From NCBI GenBank assembly GCA_001949185.1, contig BDGG01000007.1, forward strand, positions 2,252,730-2,316,729: a stretch of DNA of 64,000 bases. Direction: 5' to 3'. This document shows, piece after piece, positions 38,332-51,187 of this stretch. How positions within the stretch are numbered: the first letter of the stretch is position 1; each line of letters begins with the position of its first letter. Source of the stretch: Ramazzottius varieornatus. Taxonomy: Eukaryota; Animalia; Tardigrada. Made by a program: the position numbers and the translations under genes. The notes beneath the pieces were generated by a model. That model did no database searches. It was not told the origin of the DNA and saw nothing but the letters and a program-made list of their open reading frames with translations.

Positions 38332-39635
38332 AGAGTTTGCAGCCTTATTTTTTCACAGAGCGTTCTTCTCTCCGAAGAAAGAGTAAACGGATACACGCTG
38401 CCCTGTTCTCTGGACTGTACAGCTTCGACGTTTGAAAATGAGACAATTGCCTCTTTGACGATAATCCAGGAAGTTGATACAGCGAGCTGTCGTAGAAAAT
38501 CAACAATAGAGAAGTTGCACTTTGCACAGATGGTTTGAACAAACGACAGTTTGGACAAAACGATTTGCATTTGGAAAAGTTTAAACATTCAAGATTTGTA
38601 ATTCGTCTCGCGATTCACGAAAAGAATGGGGGCTTCGTTCGTGAATCACGCAGAAAATGACCCGTAGATTTCAACCATGAACGAATTGTCATCAGTAATG
38701 CCCTGGCTGGCCCGGAGCACTGGGAAGCGTAATCGGTGCCCGGGCAACACAGGGCCTCCACTCCGGACAATCAGTCAATCAGATTTGCATTTGAGCCGGC
38801 TCTTTTCTAACTTGGTGGGCTAATTACTGCCGAACAAACCACCATGGCCAGCAGCGGTCGTTTGTCCCGTCGTTTTTCTCAAATTCGCCCGCGTTGTGCA
38901 ATCTCTCAAAGCTTCTAGCGAATGCTTTTATAGAAATCCAGTTTTCAAAATTAACTAGTTCTCGTTTGTTCAAACCACCTGCGCAAAGTGCAACTTCTCT
39001 AATCCTTACGGACGAAGAGCTCCGGATGAAGAAGGTACACCTGGAAGAAACATGAAATACTGTGCATTCACGCCAGCTTGCTACCACCAACAATTCTATG
39101 GGGGTTGCCGGCAAAATGGCAGATTCTGTTGATTTCAATTCATTTTCCTCGTTTATTGGGCGTGTGAGCGACACAGGTACCTGTACGTTAGCAGAAACTG
39201 AGTTGCTCATCTATGCTTATACATGGAATTCCAGAGACCACGTTTTGTGACTTTTGTAGGTGACGAAAAGTCTTCCCCACCGGAGGTCACTCCACCCACT
39301 TCTTTCAAACCATCTATCAGTGTATTTCTGCTAAAGATAGCCTAGTGAATGCAGCTTGAGCCATTGTATGTAAAGTGTGAAGAAGCGAAGGAAAAAGGAA
39401 TCCAAATTTTTTATAGGTGAGAGGTTCAGGTGGTAGCAACTTGGCGTGAACACCCCGTAGTCCCGAGAGGAAGAGAATCACAAACTCGAGTTTGCGGATC
39501 GCGACAAAGTCAGAGCAGCGAAAACCTGGTACGCAGCGGCCAAGCATTACGGGCTGCTGCCATTACGACTGTCCGGTTGGCCGCTTTGCCTGATTCTGGT
39601 CTGCTGACTTTGAGTTTCGGGAACAGCGGTGGACG

Positions 39636-40216
39636 TAAGGTTGTAAGGTTTAATTCCATTCCTTTCCAAATTCCGTTCCATTCCTGGAATTCCGTTCCGT
39701 TCCAAGGGGTTGCCGTTTGGAACGGTGGAATTCCTATTTGGAAAACTAGCAAAAATCGTAAAAAATTTAGGAATTCCACGAGGTAAACAGTCGAAGATCC
39801 AGCAGATCCTGTCGAAAACCTGAACCAGATGCTGGCTCACACATGCGTACCACTGAGGCTAATTGGTCGTTCAGTTGAACGACCAATAGCATTTTCGATC
39901 CGTCGCACTAAAGTATGCGGCGCATTCAACTGTGCGTAACTCCTTGATTTTCCCTTGGACTTTTAGGTCCGACAAGACCGGAAGTTCGGATCGGCCAATC
40001 TCCAGCTGGCTTTCAGTCTCAAAACCAATATTTGTTGATGACTTCAGATCATTTTACGGTTTTAGATGGGTATGTAAACAGAACTAAGCTGGCAAATGAG
40101 ACTTTGTAATTCCTGGTTCTGGCGATGACTTTCTGGAGAAGGAAATAGGAATATAGGAATATTAGGAATTCTTTTCCTATTTTCCAAGGGCACTCGGCCT
40201 GGAATTTACAAGCTTA
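39636..40216. mobile_element. Non-autonomous hAT-type MITE (581 bp)
   Basis: TIR TAAGGTTGTAA / TTACAAGCTTA (one mismatch); perfect 8-bp TSD GGTGGACG at 39628-39635 and 40217-40224; ATTCC/GGAAT subterminal repeats. Confidence 0.88.
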
Positions 40217-40226
40217 GGTGGACGGG

Positions 40227-40345
40227 TAGTGCTGGCAGAAATACGATAAAAATCGATACGATATTTTCGATATAATATCGGCGGATATTTTATCGCGGTC
40301 TTCGATATTTATGCGATATCGAAATTTCGATACGATATTTTTCCA
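40227..40345. repeat. CGATA/TATCG-rich tract, likely a subterminal region of another TIR element
   Basis: Dense cgata/tatcg pentamers following tagtgctggc; partner end not found. Confidence 0.4.
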
Positions 40346-40746
40346 TTGGTTTTTCGGAATTCCACTGGTCCAAGCCCGAAAACTCAACAAGCCGATTTCC
40401 AAAAAAGTATTAGTAAGATCGAAAGCGTCGGATGCAGCAAAGACATGATTATACCAAGACTTTAAACACATGGAATCCTGGACAGAATTAGTACCAGAAC
40501 CGTATGGGCGGAGTGTGCTCGGTACACCATGGCCAAAATCAGTTTTTGGAATCAACCATGGTCTTCCGTTGATTAACAATGAATTGATTACTCTTAGGAC
40601 CCTGCCGGTCGGACGATGGTACGACCGACAGGGTATGACGTAACTGCCTGCTGCGCGATCGGCAGCGACGCGGCTGGGCAACTAGGTAGGAAGGTAGATG
40701 ATCGTACAATGGTAAAATCGCTAGAGTGGGTGGGTGGGTAGGTTGG

Positions 40747-40930
40747 CTGACCAGTAGTGGTTGACCATTGATCTTGGTAGATTAACTACTAGTGGCTAAC
40801 CGTTGGTCTCGCTGTCTTGACCACTGGTGGTTGACCATTGGTCTTTCTAGGTTGAGCACTAGGGGCCGGCCATTGGTTTTGCTATGTTTGACCACCGATA
40901 TTAGCCATTGGCATTGATCGGTTGACCGCC
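40747..40930. repeat. 35-bp degenerate minisatellite (~5.5 copies)
   Basis: Units resembling ttgaccactggtggttgaccattggtctttctagg, with lengths 35, 35, 35, 36 and 34. Confidence 0.75.
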
Positions 40931-41697
40931 CAATCGCAGCTGGTTTATTGGCCCGTTCTTTCTGTCTATTGGTCTGTGGGCGTGGTAACCGGTCTGGGCT
41001 TTTTATTACTTCAGATGTAAATGAACCTTGGTTTCCATCCTTTAATCTTTCCGCCATAGGCTCAGGTTCGCCATAGTTTCCCCAATTTAAGGGCTTCAGA
41101 ATGCTGAACAGCTTTCTACGATGACTCTAGCGGTCTATGATTCATTCCAAAGCTCCGCTGGAAGGCCAGCCTTTTGGGCGGAGCTCTCGCAATTATCCAA
41201 AACACGGAACGGCTTTCTAACATCAAGCGCAGCCCAACTTCGGAACGGCAATCGGTCGATCAATATTTTTCGTATGAAAAATACCGTTTCGAATGTTGTT
41301 CGAACACCAGGTCTCTTGTTCAGTAGGGGTAGAATTTGCGTACTGACCACAAGATTGCCAGTTTTACCGGTTTTTGACGACCCATAGGTGCAAGTTCTGT
41401 AATTTTCCGTATTAGGCTGAATAAATCACCCGTCCACCGCTGTTCGGGAATTCGAATTTTTCGAAGCATGATTTCTTCTTGTAGTTGTTGGTATTCCTCT
41501 TTCGTTCTTGTGACTCTTGTACTGTAACTGCTTGGTGCGTACCGAAGTGGACACTGTCAAAGCTTTCGTTTTTTGGGAGTTGGGATGCAGTAGCGAGAGG
41601 AGAGTCAGCCAGCCAGTTAACCGCCGCAAGCCCAGCTGGTAAGTCGCGTTTCCAACTTGGGTTCTCTTCTGGCCTGACTCTACGCTTCGCAGTAAAC

Positions 41698-44600
41698 ATG
41701 TCTTCATCTGACAAGCCGTCCCCCTTCACCGACGAATCGTTCAGGGAATGGTTTACTAAATCCGTGTCCAATTCGTGTGACGACATGCTTAAGAACCAGC
41801 CCAAGCCGGGAGCGCCAGCAAAGCCCAGAGGACAGCCAAAAGCCAAACAAGCTCCCTCCTTCGACATGCAGATGACGCGTGCCGTTCGTCAAAGAGCATC
41901 GCCTGCCTCATTCTCCTCGTTCAAGAGCTCCGCCAGCAGTGCCGCCATACCCGTCCGCCGCCTCGATGACGCCGAGGCCAGCATGACATCTTACAAGAAG
42001 ATACGGCGCATTGTCAGTGCTTCGGACGTCAAGGATGACGAAAGAATCATCCAAGCTAGCGACTGCATCGAGCTGGTCAGTGGGGAGCCTTCCTTCCTTG
42101 TACCGCTGTGCATCGATTGCTTCTTGGCCAAGAAGAGAGGAGATAAGAGCCACCAGTTCGACAACACATGCCGTTTTGGCAAGAACACCTATTTACGATG
42201 GTAAAAATGTGCGCCAGTGAAACGGGGCAAGCTTAAAGAATGGCCATCTTGTTCGGCGGCGAAGTCATACGTTTCTCAAATTTTCAGTGATCAGGTTGCG
42301 AACTGTCGTATGCAGTGATGACATCACGCGCCGTGACATAGATTAGGTGCGCCAGTCGAACGAGAAACCGCACAGAACCAAGAATGTCAAATTGACATTT
42401 CCGTGGCGTGGCATAGGTCAGGCCTGCATGGCTTAATTGCCTGTGACCTGGTCTGCGTAGCTTCAGTGAGGTGATTGAATGTGTCGAACTTTTATCAAGC
42501 TCATCAAGTGTGCATCAATCTTTCAGGGTGACGATGGAGCCGGTCGATCCGTTGCAGAAAGGTAGCCAAAGACAGCTGAGAGTTCGAGGCTTGGTGACGG
42601 AAGAGGAAAGGATGAAGCTGGATGACATTCGCGACAGTCACGGTCCTAATTTCAGCCAAGCCGAATGCGAGGCCACCAAGTCGCTCTTCTCCAACAACCG
42701 TCTGGACGTCGAGGCCATACATTACATTGTAGGCTGTATCCTTCCCGCCTTCAAAGCAGCTGTTGAGGAGGAGAAGGAAGCCTTGGCGGCTTTCGCCAGT
42801 GGCTCGGTGCCAACAGCCCTAAAGAACGTTCCCAACGGCTTCCGGGAGAACTGTGACGTCTGTGAAACTGCCATCTTCGATGTCCATTACGTCTGCCAGT
42901 TTTGTGGCTTCTCCCTCTGTCTGGCTTGTAAGAAGGAGCAAGAAGTGCGCCATCAACCTTCCAGTGGCCGTAAGTTTGACTTTTCTCCAATCCTTCCTCC
43001 GGCAAGGATTTGTCGTTTTGCAGTGCGACCAAAGTCTCACCGGAAGTCCTTCTTCCAAGAGGAGCACTTTAAGTCAAGCTTTATGGAAGTGCCTCGTGAT
43101 GGGCATTACTGGTATGCCTGTTGTTCCAACCCCGCATCGCCTTTCCCCGCCAGCGACTACGCTCTTGCCTCAACCTCTTCCGCCTACTCCATTGAAGGCT
43201 TTCCAACCGATACCTTCCCCCACCACTTTACCCCCACCCTCATTCTTCCCCACAAAGGTACCGTAACCATAGCTGACGGGCCGGCAAACGAAACATGCAC
43301 CATCATATTCTGCAGTGGCGCACGCTGACAGCTCATAACATTGAAAGCCTGCGCCACAAGATCGACTTGTCCCATTGGCGCACGCTTCCAGCCACAAATC
43401 AGCAGAACATGCGCCAATTGACATAATACTAACCTGCAGGTTTCGTGTGCGGACCTGCCGATTGTGTTGAGAACCGGTATGCTTTTGCAGCTTTGGAAAT
43501 TTTCGTCACGGCTTCGGAGAAAATGATGGAGCGATGTGGTAAGGTGGGCTCAAAGTCTCCTTCGGCGCCAGAAAGCAGCGTCCCTTCTGCCCGTGGAAAG
43601 TCTGGCAGTGCTGCTGTGACTAACGGTCCGTTGCCAAAGTCTGTTGCTGGCAACAGCCTCAACAGTATCGGGCCTTTGAATGGGTTGAAGGCCATAGCCA
43701 CCAAAGAGCTGGTGGCCACCGTGTCGAAGAAGCCCATCACGCTGAATGGTATCAGGCCGCAGACAGCCACCTGGCTGGACAAGCTGCTCAACCAAGGCCT
43801 CTTGGAGATTGACGGCGTGCGCAACAGTGTCGTCTCGGAAGCGCTGGTCATCAAGACAGCTGCTGTGGGCCAACAGGACTGGGAAGAAGGCGCATACGTC
43901 AGCAGTGTGCCCAGTCCGGGGCAGCAGCTACTCCATAACGGTAAGGCTTATAAGGCTGCCGCCCCTCCACCGACTTGTATTTGGCCATATTGGCTACTGC
44001 AAGGCTCAAATACATCCATACATGGGCTTTGATTTCGGCCACCGCCATACTGTAATGTAGGGGGCTTTGACCATCTTTTTGTATGCAGGTGGTTTCGAGC
44101 TTGGCTTCATACAGCTGCATACAGTAACATATGGTGTTTTAGTGGTTGAATGGCTGTAGGTGGAGTTTTGTGGTTCGAGGCTGATGATGGGCCACGAGTC
44201 AGTCCGGGAGGGATGCAGGCGGACCAGTGTGACAGCCCGGAAGCCTTGAAGGATTTCAGAAGACACTGGAAGCAAGGCCTGCCCGTGGTGGTATCAGGTG
44301 TGACGGACAGACTGAAGAGACCGCAACTGTGGTTGCCCGAGACCTTCAAGCAGCGCTTCGGGCCGCAGAAGGTCTTCCTGCTGGACTGTGCCATGAAACC
44401 ACAGAAGCTGTATAGACACCTGACTCACCAAAACTTTTGGGACGGCTTCGATAACTTTGACCGTAAGCAGTTGTCAATTTGGCTGAACGGACTTGACTGT
44501 CACGAACCTGCCTACAGTGTAGAGTCAGTTCAGGACAGTCCTTGTGTATGCAGGTTCGTGCATTGTATCTTGGCTGTTAGTTGGGCTTACTGATGGCTTA

Positions 44601-46122
44601 TTCAATGTAGTGATCTATTTTTGGGGCCTTGCAGTGAGAAGAGCAGTGGGCAAGAAAATGCCGCTGTGGAAAATTAAAGACTGGCCGACGGAAACAACCT
44701 TTAGCGAGCTGCTGCCCGAGCATCACGCTGACCTGATGCAAGCTCTGCCCTTCAACAGCTACACCAACACGACCGGCATCTACAACCTGGCCTCCTACCT
44801 TCCCAGACGTTGTAACCCACCAGACCTGGGACCCAAAGTCAGTTTCCACCATGATGCGAATATTTCATGGCCTTTGTCAGTCACCAGTTTCCTACAGCTC
44901 TTTGACATCTCTCTGACCAGCCTTACTCACTGTCTTTTGCAGATGTACATTGCGTATGGAGCAGCTGGACAAGCCAAGCTAGCCACGACCAACCTTCATC
45001 TGGACATTTCCGACGCCGTCAACGTTATCGTTCACGTGGGAGTGCCAACCGGAAGTGGATCGGCAAAAGCTTTGAAAGGTCAAAGACTTGTTTCCCTTTC
45101 TCATGACTACCTTTTTGGTTGATCTGTTTTTTGTCAGCAGATGCCGAGAGGGAGCTGAAGAAGCTGAAGCTGGACAAGAACATGCGAGAGCGACTGGCAG
45201 CCAGGGAAACACCGGGCGCCGTCTGGCAGATTTATCGCCCACAAGACTGCGACAAGATCCGCGACTTCATCAGGCTGTTATGGAAGGAAAGACGGACGGC
45301 TGCTCAACGGGCCAACGACGACCCCATCCACTCGCAGTCTGAGTACCTGAACCACCAGCTGAGGCAACGCCTGGAAAAAGAGTACGGCGTCGTCGGCTTT
45401 GATATCCTGCAGTTTGAAGGCGACGCCATTTTCATTCCGGCCGGCGCTCCTCACCAGGTCAGCTCTTCCTACTCAGTCAGCTTCTTCTCCACCTGCCAAG
45501 CTCTAAAGCCGTATCGACGCAAACAAACTTGGACAGGATCCTTTTCCAGATGGCGCACGCCCACAGCCCATCATACGAGCAACGTGCGCCACTTGGGCAA
45601 ATAGAATAGCTCCATAGGGCTTATCAAGTGGCGCAGTCTTCAAGCTCTTATGAGACTGAAAGCGTGTGCCACTTGGGAAGGCCTTCTTGTCGAGTCTGTC
45701 TGGCCATCTCTCCAGCATCATAAAAGCAGATGATATACAGAACTATGTACGACTGGTGACAGTTTTGAACTATTTGTTAGGTCTGGAATATCCACAGCTG
45801 TATCAAGTGCGCCGAGGACTTTGTTTCGCCCGAACATGTCGACCGCTGCGTGGCCTTGACTAGAGAGTTCCGCACATTGCCCAAGGATTTTGAAAATAAA
45901 ACCGACAAGTTGCAGGTACCTCGTACCCCTCCAAGTCTTGCAGCAGTGGCCCAAGTCAGGCGGCAGCTTTTGAGAATGTAATCACTGCATCTCGTTTGGT
46001 AGGTGAAGAATATCCTATTTCATACTCTGAAGAGTATGGTATCTTCCATGAAGGAAATCGACGGCAAGAAGACAGCGGCCAGAGACAAGGGTAGTTCGAG
46101 GAGAAAGAAGTGGAGCGGTTGA
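41698..46122 (+). CDS. KDM3: JmjC lysine demethylase, KDM3/JMJD1 family
   Basis: Zinc finger [29 protein letters not shown]; [25 protein letters not shown]|[32 protein letters not shown]|[19 protein letters not shown]. Confidence 0.93.
43312..43421. repeat. Palindromic module, 2-unit array, KDM3 intron
   Basis: Both spacers 25 nt; period 60. Confidence 0.8.
45531..45695. repeat. Palindromic module, 2-unit array, KDM3 intron
   Basis: Spacers of 25 and 27 nt; period 78; ends cttgtcgag. Confidence 0.85.
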
Positions 46123-46587
46123 AAGAAAAACTTCCGTACTACGGTTTCAGATGATTTGATAGTATTGAGTTTGCAAGCTCGACTGGCCAGATCTCCACTC
46201 GTCCTTGCGTTTCTTTCGACGCCGACGACGACGACGGCTTTACGTTGTGGCCCTTTATTTTGTTTTGTTCTTTCATCCCTAATGAGCCCACTGACCAAAT
46301 GACGCTTTCTTCTGTTGTTGTTCCTGAAATAACTCTCGCAGCAATAACTCTTGACACTTTATACTAGTTGGAAATCAATGGCAGATTTGTTGGGGTACAA
46401 AATGCCAATATCGTTCTCTCGAATTGCAGAAAGTCGAATCGTTACATGAAGGATGGGATACTCTCGGAATATTGTCAGGAGTTTTGTTGCAAAAATTCGA
46501 ACGTGTTAGAAAATATTAATAGACTTTGCAGCGAATCGGTGCGAAATTCTAGAATATCTTAAGTACGTCTTTTTCAAAATGAAACAT

Positions 46588-49190
46588 TTATTTGCCCAGC
46601 TTCTTTTTCAGTTCACTGCCAATCTTTTCGATAAACTCCACCGTCTCCATATAATCACTGCGAGTGATCCTAGAGGGCAGAAAAGGTGCAGTTTTGCTGT
46701 CATGCTATCAGACTTAGCAGACAGAAGGAAAGAGTTGCTTACTTGCTCATACTGCCTTTGATACAAAGCGCCAAGTCTTTGGTCATGAAACCGGCCTCGA
46801 TTGTCTCAATGCAAGCTTCTTCCAAAGCCGTGGCGAAGCTTTGCAGCGCACTGTTGTCATCCAGTTTGGCGCGATGTTCCAAACCCCGCGTCCAAGCGAA
46901 AATGGAAGCTGCAAAGATAGAACAGGCTCTTCATAAGTTGCGGCGGAAAGTGAAGTTGACTTTAGGCTTACCGATGGGGTTGGTGGAGGTTTCTTTGCCT
47001 TGTTGGTACTGTCGATAGTGTCGGGTGACGGTGCCATGTGCCGCTTCGGCTTCCACCGTCTTGCCATCGGGACATATCAGCACGCTGGTCATCATGCCCA
47101 GCGAACCGTAGCCTTGAGCCACCGAATCGGACTGGACGTCTCCGTCGTAGTTCTTGCAGGCCCACACAAAGCCCCCTTCCGACTTCATGGCTTGGGCAAC
47201 CATGTCGTCGATCAGACGGTGTTCGTAGTAAATTCCATTCTTCTCAAACTCCGCCTTGTAACTCCTACACAATAACACAACAACAACAACAACAACTTTC
47301 ATGAATGAAAGCACCTCAAACAAAGTCCATTGCATCGTTTTCCTCAGTGACGCACGCCTCCAACCAGAAACAACGAAAACCTCTGCCACCTGGAAAACGC
47401 TCTTGCTCAGTTCCCAAGTGGCGCACGTATTCGGTGTCTTCAGCCTGAAGCATGCGCCACTGGCGGAAAAACGATGTGGTCGAGTTTCCAAACATTTTCA
47501 TGCAGTTTTTGTATCCGTGCTTTGTACTGCAGTTTTCTCCTGAAAAAGCAAGAGATATTCTTACTCTTGATAAATGTTTTCGAAGATGTCTTTGAAGCGT
47601 CCATCGTATCGTTTCAGAATGGTGTTCTTCGTGCTGGAAGTAAAGAAAGACACGTTTGAACTGGATGTCTCGAACCGAATAGCTTTGGGAGGGATATTGA
47701 CGTTGGCTTGCCTCATGTAAAGGACCATCTTTCGGTCCAGAGCATATTTGAAGGAGCTGTGAGCAAAGTCGGTGATGGACTTGTCGGTGTTGTACATGCC
47801 CAGCGCCACACCGCCGCCATCCTTGAATTCAAAAATGGTCTCATCGATGGCTTGCCCGTTGCCTCCTGCCGCCGGAGTCCAGCTGATCTTCAACGTACCG
47901 GCACCTGGCACCACAAAGTCTTTGGCTTTGTACTACGAACAATCAAAAGCCAGGCGTATTAAGAGAGAACGGGGAGGGGATCAGGCAGGAGGACCGTACT
48001 TGGTCGCCATAAGCATGACGGCCGATAATGATAGGCTTGACCCATCCCGTCACCAACCGAGGAATGTTCTTGCAGATGATGGCTTCGCGAAAGACGGTGC
48101 CACCCAGGATGTTGCGAATGGTACCGTTGGGCGAAGGCCACATCTTCTTCAGCTTGAACTCTACAATGAAGAAGAAAAGAACGCGGTAAACACCAAATGT
48201 ATATGGCGGTAGTCTTGTGGTGCCCAGTTGACCAATGGCTGATCTCAATCAACTCAAGGAACCAAAGTCTGCGTAAGGTTGTATGACATGACACGGTAAC
48301 ATAATTGCCATAATTTGTCGTTTGTTCAGCAGCAATTGTTCTGGCTTCTGTTTTCTGTTCGTCCGCTTTCTTGAAATACAACTTATTTTGCTCCGGGACT
48401 CTTGCAGGAACTCACCTTTGACTCGCTGCTCATCCGGAGTAATGGTGGCGCACTGTAAAGTAGGATAACGGCTCGTTCAATTTGACTTTCCAGGTTTTCC
48501 TCAATCAAATATCTTCCGAAGATTGAGTCTCACTTTGATGCCGACATTGTACCGTTTGATGGCTTCCGCGCAATCGATGGTTACTAGACAAATACAAGGA
48601 CGGATATTACGTGAACGTAAACACCGATGGGTGCAAAGATAAGACAGCCACGGTAAGACACACCTTGATCGTCTGTGGTGTTGCGATTTTCAATGCCCAA
48701 GTCGTAGGAATGCAGCTCCATGTCCACGTGGGGAAAAATCAAATGCTCCTTAATCTTCTCCCAGATTATCCTACACACACACCCTTTCCGTGCGGACAGA
48801 TGGCAAATATTTTCAGAAAGAAAAGTCATACCTGGTCATTTCATCCCCTTGGACTTCGACGACCGGTCCAGCTGAAAAATAAGAGTTTATCCACTTTACC
48901 GGAACCTACACACTTCCGGTTCACAACCCGTACACAGCTCACTGTATGCAGGTGTACGACACAGATGGGCACATTTGTCCAAAACAAGTCGGAACATAAG
49001 CTGGTGAAAACTGAAGCATGTACTTACCTTTGATTTTCTGTGCCATGATTGCAGAGACAGAGAAGCCGCGTTGAGGATATCCAGCAAAAGAGGGAAGACA
49101 CGCGGGGGACGAGGAAGGGAATGGCGTCAAAAGACGATGGTATGCGTGGCTGACAGCATTCACAGCATTCACCGAAAGCCTTATCGACAT
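46588..49190 (-). CDS. IDH: NADP-dependent isocitrate dehydrogenase with upstream in-frame presequence
   Basis: MAQKIK|[15 protein letters not shown]|[66 protein letters not shown]; ATGs at 49190 and 49046. Confidence 0.95.
47333..47484. repeat. Palindromic module, 2-unit array, IDH intron
   Basis: Both spacers 25 nt; period 71; ends ggaaaaacgatgtggtcgag. Confidence 0.85.
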
Positions 49191-49714
49191 CACTGAACTT
49201 TAGCACGTCTCCAGGTAAGCGGTTGCTGCTGGCATGAAGTTTCAACAGAGCTTCCTTCCACGCTGAACGCAAACCGGAAACGCTTCCACCTGCTGCCTTT
49301 CCAGCTTCACAGTTGAAGGGAAACCAGCTGACACAATTGAATCATATACTGCAGGCTGGAAGTCCACGAAAACTGAATCCAGGGTTTCGGTCCGATTACA
49401 AAGTACAGTGAGCAGCCCTGATTTCTGTTCCGCGCTCGTGACGCGTCCATAAAGCTTTCTGTGTTTACTGCCGTACAGACTTCTGTCAGACTGTGTTATG
49501 TCATCGTGTTTCATGCCACATGACAGCAAATTACGTCATCGCGGCCTTGTTTTGATTACTTTGTTTGATAGAGTGCTTTATTGCCACGATACGATACTAG
49601 TACGTTGTTCCAGTCAGTCGATTGTCTTTTTCTCTTCCATTCCCCGATTTCTCCATGATGTTTCGACCGATGAAGCATGAAAGAAAAGAGCATGGCTGGC
49701 GATAACAGGAAAGC

Positions 49715-50987
49715 ATGCGGGTGAATAAAGGAAAGCAGATTCGAGTGACACTTGGTCAGCCAGGAAGGAACCATCTGGCCAGTTTCTGCACCATCCTTTC
49801 CTTCTTTGGTGTGTTAACTTCCTTGACGCTGATCGCGGTTGGAGCAGCCATCCACCTGCTCATCGGGACATACGCTATGCTTTTGGACAAGTACAACGGC
49901 TCGTACCTGACGTTCATCCTGGTCGGCATCGGGTTAGCGGGTGTCGCCGTGCATTGCTTGCTGATCTTCCTTCTAGTTGACTTTACCAACGAAGAACGGG
50001 CGGAACACTTTGGCAAGGTCTGCTTGGCTGTCCTTACTTGTGCATTGCTAACTTTGATTGCGGGTATCATCTGCTTCACGCATATCGCTCAAGTCAAGGC
50101 TTCCTTCAAGTCGGGTATATTTAACGGCATCAAAAACTACAAGGTAAACTTCGTAACAGTAACATCTCACACCAAACAGGCACATGATGTCATGCGTTTC
50201 TATCGCGTTTCTATCGGGTCAACTGCTGAGCCGCAGTGACGTCAAGCGCGCGTGTATGTTGAGGAAGTGATGTTACGTTTTTGTCGTTGCAGAACAGCAC
50301 GGCCATGAAGACGGCCATTGACGAAGTGCAGATTCAATATCAGTGCTGTGGAGTCAAAGGATACGAAGACTGGTTCAGTATTCAGTGGAGCAACGAAAGT
50401 GTGGCCGACAAGGCCAAAATCGAAAAGTAATCTCGACCACCCTAGTTATTCGCAATTGACTGGTGGAATAAGAATATGGGCAAAAAGTTGGTCCAATACT
50501 CTTGTAAGCTAATGCCGGTCTGACTTCAGCTCTTTGGAGGATGAATGCTTTTGTGTGTATGAATGGAGATGTAAGAGATAGATGAGGATGATGTTATTGT
50601 TTCAGGAAGAGGGTGAAAAGTATCTACCACTCGGACGATGTGCCCTTCAGTTGCTGCAAGGCGGCCTCCATGCGGCCCTGCATCCACGAGGCCCTGCAGA
50701 CCAACGGCCACCACTACAACTATGACTTCCGCAAGAACGTCACCGTTCACACTACGGGATGCCTGGCTAAGCTGGCCACCTTTTTCGGCCCTGGTCTACT
50801 CTTCATCATGGGCATTCTCATCTGCTCCATCAGCCTATTGGACACGGCCATTGGCCTGTCCACTCGATTATTGTATACATCCTTACAAAGCGCGCTAGAG
50901 GCCGGTGACCAATTTGGTCCCGGCGTTGGTTTGCTGCTTCCCGGTGATATAGAACCTTACGAACCACCAACTGCCCCACCCAGATAA
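49715..50987 (+). CDS. Tetraspanin of the peripherin-2/ROM1 type
   Basis: Three exons; three N-terminal TM helices, IDEVQIQYQCCGVKGYEDWFSIQW, DDVPFSCC..RPCIH, GC, then a fourth TM helix. Confidence 0.85.
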
Positions 50988-51187
50988 AATCTCCCAAAAT
51001 ATTACCAGTCATCAATCCCATCGAACTATGCAGTAGATTTGGTCGTGAATGTCATTCATATGAAAGGCACTTTTATACCTTGAATATGTTTCTTTAGGAA
51101 TGTTTCAGTAAATTCTTTGGAGAGGAAAAACAAGTGAGGAGAGTCAAGTTTGATACCGTAAAGTATATCTTGGTCTTTGGGAAGAGT

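Noticed and set aside
26003-38778. Shared 14-mer GGACAATCAGTCAA at ~26004 and ~38765
   Set aside because: A few 14-mer matches are expected by chance in 64 kb, and there is no flanking homology.
38824-39210. 128-aa minus-strand ORF
   Set aside because: No domain or consistent splice pattern.
5566-47554. Palindromic module as an introner (intron-generating element)
   Set aside because: Modules lie inside introns at variable distances from the GT/AG ends and also occur between genes; they do not supply splice sites.
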